Shown here: piece by piece, positions 31,261 to 36,178 of the stretch
Position numbering within the stretch: the first letter of the stretch is position 1
Layout of the letters: every line of letters starts with the position of its first letter
Source: a virus
Taxonomy: Duplodnaviria > Caudoviricetes
Direction: 5' to 3' (one strand)
IMG/VR virus record: IMGVR_UViG_3300005805_000231
Coordinates: 1-36,178 of that record
DNA length: 36,178 nt
Program-made: the position numbers and the translations under genes
Notes under the pieces: generated by a model
Database searches by the model: none
Told to the model about the DNA's origin: nothing
The model's input: only the letters and a program-made list of their open reading frames with translations

Positions 31261-32618
31261 CCGCGTAGCGCAGATACAAGGGCAGCGGTTCCGATCCCAG
31301 CGGCGCCAATCCCGTAAAGCGGGTGCGTGCCGCGTACCAGGCTGTCGCGCACAACGTCTTCTGGTTTCTTGCCAGTCACTCGAGCGGTGCGCTCAATAGC
31401 CTCATTGACGTGCTGAATCATCGGCTTGCCAGGCACGCCTTTAAGTCCCTTCCACGTCACGTCTTGAAAGTTGGCCGGCATGACGCCCTCGGCCTTAGCC
31501 AAGTCGTGGATAACCTTTTCAAACACACCGTAAGAGTCACCAGGCGGGACAAGCAAGCCCGGCTTAAACCCGCCGCTCATCTGCTCATCAATCGTTGCGC
31601 GATCGCGGTGGCCTAAGAAGTTCCCCGAAAAATCAAATCGTTTCGGTGTCTTCGTTGCTTGAAGTCCGGCGCCTTTGTTGATGACTTTGTCGTACATCGC
31701 CATATTGCCGGACGCGAAGCGGCCACCAATCGGGTACGGGAACTCATACGCCGCGGTCGGTTGTGCGACGCCTTTTTGCCGCAAAAAATTTCCGTATGCG
31801 GACATCAGCAGATTGGCCGTTGGATCGGCGCCGCCAGTCGTCGCGGCCATCGCATCAGCGAACCGCTCCTTGAACATCTCGCGGCCTTTCTTCTCGCCAA
31901 ACTCCTTGACGAACTCGGCCTCAAGTTGCCCCATCGCGTACCAGTCTTTGGCAAGAGGATCTTTGCTGCCTTCTCTGAACGCTTGGGTCAGTCGCGCGCG
32001 AGCTTCTGGCGTATCGAACTCAGTGACGTACTTATCAATGGTGGCTTGTTTTTTTGGCAGCGCATCAGTAACCGTCCGTCCTTCCAGCGGGTACTTTGAG
32101 GCGTCTGCGTAGAACCGATCCTCAACTTTAAAAAAAGGCGTGTAGTTCCCGGCGTCAATGTCTTTCTGCGCGGCCTTTCTCGCCTTCTCGACTGCCTGCG
32201 CCTCTTCAGAGTTCTGCTTTTGCAAAAACTCTTTCCCGGTTTTCTTATCTTTGGCAAGAACTGGGGGCGCGGTGTCTGGGTAATTTTCCGCAACCTTTTC
32301 CATGTCATAGCCGACATCGGACGGTTTTTTGCGTAACGCCTTTGCTGTCACATCCGACTTGCGCAGCTTATTGATCCCGCGCGTGACACCGCCCACGATC
32401 GGAATCGCCCCCAGGCCAGATAAGCCCATTCCCAGGATGTCTCCCTCGCGCCTGGCACGCTCGAAGTCGCGGCCGGCTTGCGCCGTGCCAACGACAGGCA
32501 AAAACCCGGCACCAATATCCAGCGCGATGTCCGCAAGATCCTGATCCTGCGGTGTGTCTAGCGCCACCATGTTGCTGCCGCGGCGGCGCAACTCGTTGAT
32601 GATTGCTTGCGCGTCCAT
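31239..32618 (-). CDS. Portal-adjacent modular protein: pre-toxin-TG-like N-terminus plus HhH-GPD/DNA-glycosylase-like domain (putative effector)
   Basis: DIGAGFLPVVGTAQAGRDF...G.GL..LGAIPIVG. C-terminal WY, AATT, PK...N..G...TID, Y..E....A...G..PA..Q...W. AAGGA RBS. ORF is solid; function is inferred. Confidence 0.55.
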   Translation of the reverse strand: MDAQAIINELRRRGSNMVALDTPQDQDLADIALDIGAGFLPVVGTAQAGRDFERARREGDILGMGLSGLGAIPIVGGVTRGINKLRKSDVTAKALRKKPSDVGYDMEKVAENYPDTAPPVLAKDKKTGKEFLQKQNSEEAQAVEKARKAAQKDIDAGNYTPFFKVEDRFYADASKYPLEGRTVTDALPKKQATIDKYVTEFDTPEARARLTQAFREGSKDPLAKDWYAMGQLEAEFVKEFGEKKGREMFKERFADAMAATTGGADPTANLLMSAYGNFLRQKGVAQPTAAYEFPYPIGGRFASGNMAMYDKVINKGAGLQATKTPKRFDFSGNFLGHRDRATIDEQMSGGFKPGLLVPPGDSYGVFEKVIHDLAKAEGVMPANFQDVTWKGLKGVPGKPMIQHVNEAIERTARVTGKKPEDVVRDSLVRGTHPLYGIGAAGIGTAALVSALRGQEEEQF

Positions 32619-32627
32619 GACTGTCCT

Positions 32628-34595
32628 TTACTGAACTGGTGGCTGCATTGGCCCCTGCGGCATCGGGCCTTGGGGCATTGCCGGCGGCAGGTTTGGCTGC
32701 GGCTGGTTGATGCCCAGCATGCGCCGAGCAACTGCCAAGTCCATCGCCTGACCCTCGGCCTCAAGGTTCGTTTTCTTGGCCTTTGCCATTCTCTCGGCGG
32801 CGCCGGCCTTTTTCTCTTCAACCTGCGCGATCTGCATTGGGTTGGGCTGCGGCGACTGAATGCCCTGCTGCTTCAGACCCGTGATCGCCTGGTCAAGCAC
32901 TGACTCAATCTGCGTGCTCACGCGGAACTTGCTGACCGCCCACTGCAACATCGACAGCAATACGGGCGCAGCACCTGGCACCTGTTGCGCCATCGGCGCC
33001 ACCTGGGACACGAACGCGCCGAGTCCCTGCATAAACTGCACGGCGCTATCCCTCTCAGCCGCCCAGTCCAGTGCCGCCATCGAGTCCGCTTCGATGTTGA
33101 TCCGGTACTCGGACATCTCTTCATCTTTGAGCAACTGGATCGCCTGCATCGCCAGCGGCGCATCCGGCGTGCGCTCGATGTTGCTGCGCTTGATGATCGT
33201 CTCCGGTTGCCAGTGCTTGCAGATAATCTCGGCCTTGATCCGCAACGCCTGCGAGATCCAGTCAGCGATATAGAACTGCATCAGTTGCACGCGCGTCGAG
33301 CCGAACTGCGCCTTGATCTGCTGCGCCGTTGCAGTCTCGCTGGCCTTGGAGCTACCGCGCATCACGTCCGAGATGCCTAGCACCTCATAGATCTGCATGA
33401 CCTTGTCTTGCCGGTACTGGCGCAACTGGTTGATCGCGTTAACGACCTGCTCGATCGGTGCCCAGTCAACCTGACCCTTGATGCCGCCCTTTTCTGCAAA
33501 GAGTGCCCAGTTATCGACCGGAATCAACTGATTCTCCGCGCCCTGCGAGAACATGCGCTGGATACCGTCAGCACTCTTGTCATACACGCCGACGACCTTG
33601 GCCGCGCGCGTCAGCCAGGTGATGCGGGTATTGATTTCGTCCAACTCATTGAACTGGTCCTGCGCAAAGATGTAGTCTGCGCGGGGCATGAAGTTGGAAC
33701 TGGTGACGTTGGCCGCGACAGGCTTGGGACACGGGAAAAAGTTGTCCAACCCCAGTGGGTCATCCACAACGTCAAGGATCACGTCAGCACCGCGTGCGTA
33801 CCAGTACACCTTGCGGTGGTCTTTGCACCAGATCTCAAAGACTTCAGCCTTGCTCCACGGGTCATGCTTGACGGTCTGGTCATTGACGCTGTCGCTTTGC
33901 TTGCGGTTGCCCAGCGGGACAATCCGCGCAATCTCTTCACCGAACCGCGCCTCGAGTTGGTCCTTGGTCATAAAGACGCGGCGCGCGACCCACCGCACTT
34001 CCGGCCACACCCGCGCCGGCGACCAGTAGAAGTCTTCCCAGTAGACGTAGTCGCAGCAGGCGTCTTCGTCCGTAATCCGCTCGGCCTCCTGCGCTGGGAC
34101 CAGTTCCTCACCCGTCATCGGGTCCAAGACGGCCTCGATCATGTACGGTTCAGTCTCGACCTCATACCGCAGCCAGATCTGACCCAGCCCCACAATCAGC
34201 CAGTCCTCAATCCCCTGCCGGACTGCCGCGTCCCACTCCGAGACATCGTCATCAAAGCCGCGGTTCAGGATGCGCTGCAACATCGTCCCCGCAACCCGCG
34301 CCACGTCATCCTCATAGTCCTGAAACGTGCGGCTCACGTCAGCCTTGGGTGGCCGCGCGTAGAGCATCGAGAGCAGCACCTTCATCGTCGACCAGAACAG
34401 GTTGACTTTTGACTCGTCATGTCCGTACGCGTCACGCTTGTCCAGGTATCGCTGCGTGATCCGGTTCGCGTCCTGGTGAAATTTCAGCAACTCCTGACGC
34501 GACGCCTCAATCTCGGTGCCCCACCGCTGCGCCAGCCCAGCCGGCGAGTTGTCAAAGTCGCTCTCGCTGACTAATTTGCTTTGCGTGTCCATCAT
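32628..34595 (-). CDS. Portal protein
   Basis: 655 aa after terL; N.FWS, W.DF...AR.W.EV.WVAR, EV.EIW.K, FFPCP.P, GISD.MRG...ETATAQ.IK; Pro/Gln tail. Confidence 0.88.
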   Translation of the reverse strand: MMDTQSKLVSESDFDNSPAGLAQRWGTEIEASRQELLKFHQDANRITQRYLDKRDAYGHDESKVNLFWSTMKVLLSMLYARPPKADVSRTFQDYEDDVARVAGTMLQRILNRGFDDDVSEWDAAVRQGIEDWLIVGLGQIWLRYEVETEPYMIEAVLDPMTGEELVPAQEAERITDEDACCDYVYWEDFYWSPARVWPEVRWVARRVFMTKDQLEARFGEEIARIVPLGNRKQSDSVNDQTVKHDPWSKAEVFEIWCKDHRKVYWYARGADVILDVVDDPLGLDNFFPCPKPVAANVTSSNFMPRADYIFAQDQFNELDEINTRITWLTRAAKVVGVYDKSADGIQRMFSQGAENQLIPVDNWALFAEKGGIKGQVDWAPIEQVVNAINQLRQYRQDKVMQIYEVLGISDVMRGSSKASETATAQQIKAQFGSTRVQLMQFYIADWISQALRIKAEIICKHWQPETIIKRSNIERTPDAPLAMQAIQLLKDEEMSEYRINIEADSMAALDWAAERDSAVQFMQGLGAFVSQVAPMAQQVPGAAPVLLSMLQWAVSKFRVSTQIESVLDQAITGLKQQGIQSPQPNPMQIAQVEEKKAGAAERMAKAKKTNLEAEGQAMDLAVARRMLGINQPQPNLPPAMPQGPMPQGPMQPPVQ

Positions 34596-35923
34596 CCAAT
34601 CCTTTGTGACGCCTGTGGCCCGCAGTCCCAGATGTCATTAAGCGAAAACTGGTAACTGGCGCTGGTAATTGGTGCGATTGTAGTATTTGGTTGTGCTTTT
34701 CGCGACACTGGGCGCGCAGCAAGCGCCAGGTACCTGAATGCGTCACTCGCGTGCGAGTGCTGGTCATGCTTGGGCTTTGAGCGAAACGACTGCGTGCGCT
34801 CGTCCCACTCCCTCATGTACGCGCGCAAGTGCTCAAGGCCGTCATACGTTCGCGTCTCGTCAAACCAGCACTTGGGCAAAACAAGTCTTGCCGCCTCAAT
34901 GCCGTCCTGTAACGACATCTCAGGGACCAGGCTCGGTCGAATCCCATTAGCCAGGAACTGTTCAATAATTGACTTGCCCGTCTGCAAGCTCTTGGCCTTG
35001 GCGTCATGGGGCAGGTACACGGTTCCAACGCGATAGGGGCGGCTCTTGACCCAGTCGATGTAGTGCTGGATCGGCTGGTTGTCATCCTCGTAAAACTCGA
35101 CGATCTTGTAGCCGTCTGGCGCCTCTTGCCAGCCCCACCAACTGCATGAGTCCGTGTAGCCCAAGTCCGCCACCAAATTGACCGGAAACGCCGGGTCAAT
35201 CAGCAACTCCTTGACGCGCCCCTCGTCATACGCGGCCCCGACCAGCTTGGCGTAGTAGGCGCCCGGCACCGCCGCATCAAATGAGCACTCATACTCAATC
35301 GCATACGCGTCCTCGGTCATCTGCGCCTTCGCGTCGCGCAACTCGTCCGGATGAATCAGGTTCGTTTTTGATACTGGCAGTTCTAATAAGAGGTGGGTCT
35401 TTGGATTTATCCTGGCCTCTTCCCTGAGATTCCAGAACATATTCTTACCAGCCGGCGTTCCCGCAAATATCGCCCAACCGCGGCGGTCTGATAATGCCGG
35501 CCTTAATACCGAATACCACGCACTCGGGCGAATTTGCCCGACTTCGTCTAAAACCACACCATCAAAATACATACCCCGCAGCGCGTCATAATTATCCGCG
35601 CCGGCAACATATATCGTTGAGGTGTCTTTGTGACCATTATTGATGGTCAGCTTTAATTCGGACTCATTTGGCGGCTTTGCCCAAAAATCGCGCGTTAATT
35701 CCTTCAGATAATTCCACGCGACCCGTTTCGCCTGGTCCCGCTGCGGGGCCAGGTACGCAAACTGCGGCTTTGGCAGCGCCGTCTCCAACGCCCCGATCAC
35801 CAGGTCCGCGCACATCGCCACCGTCTTGCCCGCACGCCGGTGCGCCACGACCGTCACCCACCGCTTGCTGCGGTTGTGCAACGGGTGAAAGACCTCGCGA
35901 GGCTGGTATTCGGAGAGCTTCAA
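34592..35923 (-). CDS. terL: Terminase large subunit
   Basis: HRRAGKT Walker A, LRG..FDGVVLDE Walker B, GTP.G, DLG..D and HASDAFRY nuclease motifs. TTG start coupled to the upstream stop. Confidence 0.95.
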   Translation of the reverse strand: MKLSEYQPREVFHPLHNRSKRWVTVVAHRRAGKTVAMCADLVIGALETALPKPQFAYLAPQRDQAKRVAWNYLKELTRDFWAKPPNESELKLTINNGHKDTSTIYVAGADNYDALRGMYFDGVVLDEVGQIRPSAWYSVLRPALSDRRGWAIFAGTPAGKNMFWNLREEARINPKTHLLLELPVSKTNLIHPDELRDAKAQMTEDAYAIEYECSFDAAVPGAYYAKLVGAAYDEGRVKELLIDPAFPVNLVADLGYTDSCSWWGWQEAPDGYKIVEFYEDDNQPIQHYIDWVKSRPYRVGTVYLPHDAKAKSLQTGKSIIEQFLANGIRPSLVPEMSLQDGIEAARLVLPKCWFDETRTYDGLEHLRAYMREWDERTQSFRSKPKHDQHSHASDAFRYLALAARPVSRKAQPNTTIAPITSASYQFSLNDIWDCGPQASQRIG

Positions 35924-36084
35924 TGCACACTCCTGTACCAGTCATCCTGCGCCCTGATCGCGGCCTCGAACGCGCCCTGCTCCGTCTCAGAGACCCCAAC
36001 AAACGCGACCCCGTCAGGCGACTCCCACAACCACGAAATTGATCCGTCTGGATTGTCCAAGACCTGGATGTCAATCGTGTCCAT
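35920..36084 (-). CDS. 54-aa hypothetical protein between terS and terL
   Basis: Translated by hand (MDTIDIQVLDNPDGSISWLWESPDGVAFVGVSETEQGAFEAAIRAQDDWYRSVH); its TGA overlaps the terL TTG. Confidence 0.5.
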   Translation of the reverse strand: MDTIDIQVLDNPDGSISWLWESPDGVAFVGVSETEQGAFEAAIRAQDDWYRSVH

Positions 36085-36163
36085 GCTGCGGGATTCTCAA
36101 TATGGCTGGTGGAGGTTACTGAAATAGGGGGGAGGGACCCGGCTCAGGCATGGCCCCCGCCCC

Positions 36164-36178
36164 CGGCTCGACGGGGGG
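36164..36178. repeat. Terminal direct repeat (assembly circularisation overlap), copy 2
   Basis: Identical to 1-15. Confidence 0.85.

Noticed and set aside
35380-35720. AT-richer patch inside terL as a possible intron or intein
   Set aside because: The frame is continuous, encodes the expected Walker B and coupling motifs, and the protein length is normal; at most a recombined segment.

Overview
The window appears to be an essentially complete, circular ~36.2 kb genome of a temperate podovirus-like phage in its excised form. Bases 1-15 equal bases 36164-36178, and an intact attP carrying the 3' half of a tRNA-Cys(GCA) sits right after a tyrosine integrase. Layout in order: terS and a packaging/origin-like region (1-900); a small early accessory operon led by a Cys-rich Gp88-like protein (1003-2213); a primase-helicase, cro and a cI-like repressor (2227-5190); an early recombination operon (Sak4-like ATPase, DUF669 SSB, Cas4-like exonuclease, RuvC-like resolvase, small ORFs) ending in the integrase and attP (5289-11540); and one long minus-strand late operon. 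The late operon holds terL, portal, scaffold, major capsid, adaptor/nozzle, a GNAT protein, ejection proteins, tail fibres, two homing endonucleases, holin-like genes and a GH24 lysozyme. Main candidate novelty: a 459-aa gene directly after the portal that looks like a polymorphic-toxin-style effector (pre-toxin-TG-like N-terminus plus a DNA-glycosylase-like domain). It is paired with a convergent, independently promoted 67-aa ORF that could be its immunity protein. Other candidates: a switch-like structured RNA leader ahead of the capsid gene, a terminator/anti-terminator after it, a dispersed 17-bp operator family, a virion protein with an unrecognised ~47-aa triple repeat, and a homing endonuclease that seems to have taken over the last codons of its host gene. 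All family calls come from motif recognition by eye; no database searches were run. A Gram-negative proteobacterial host is inferred only.
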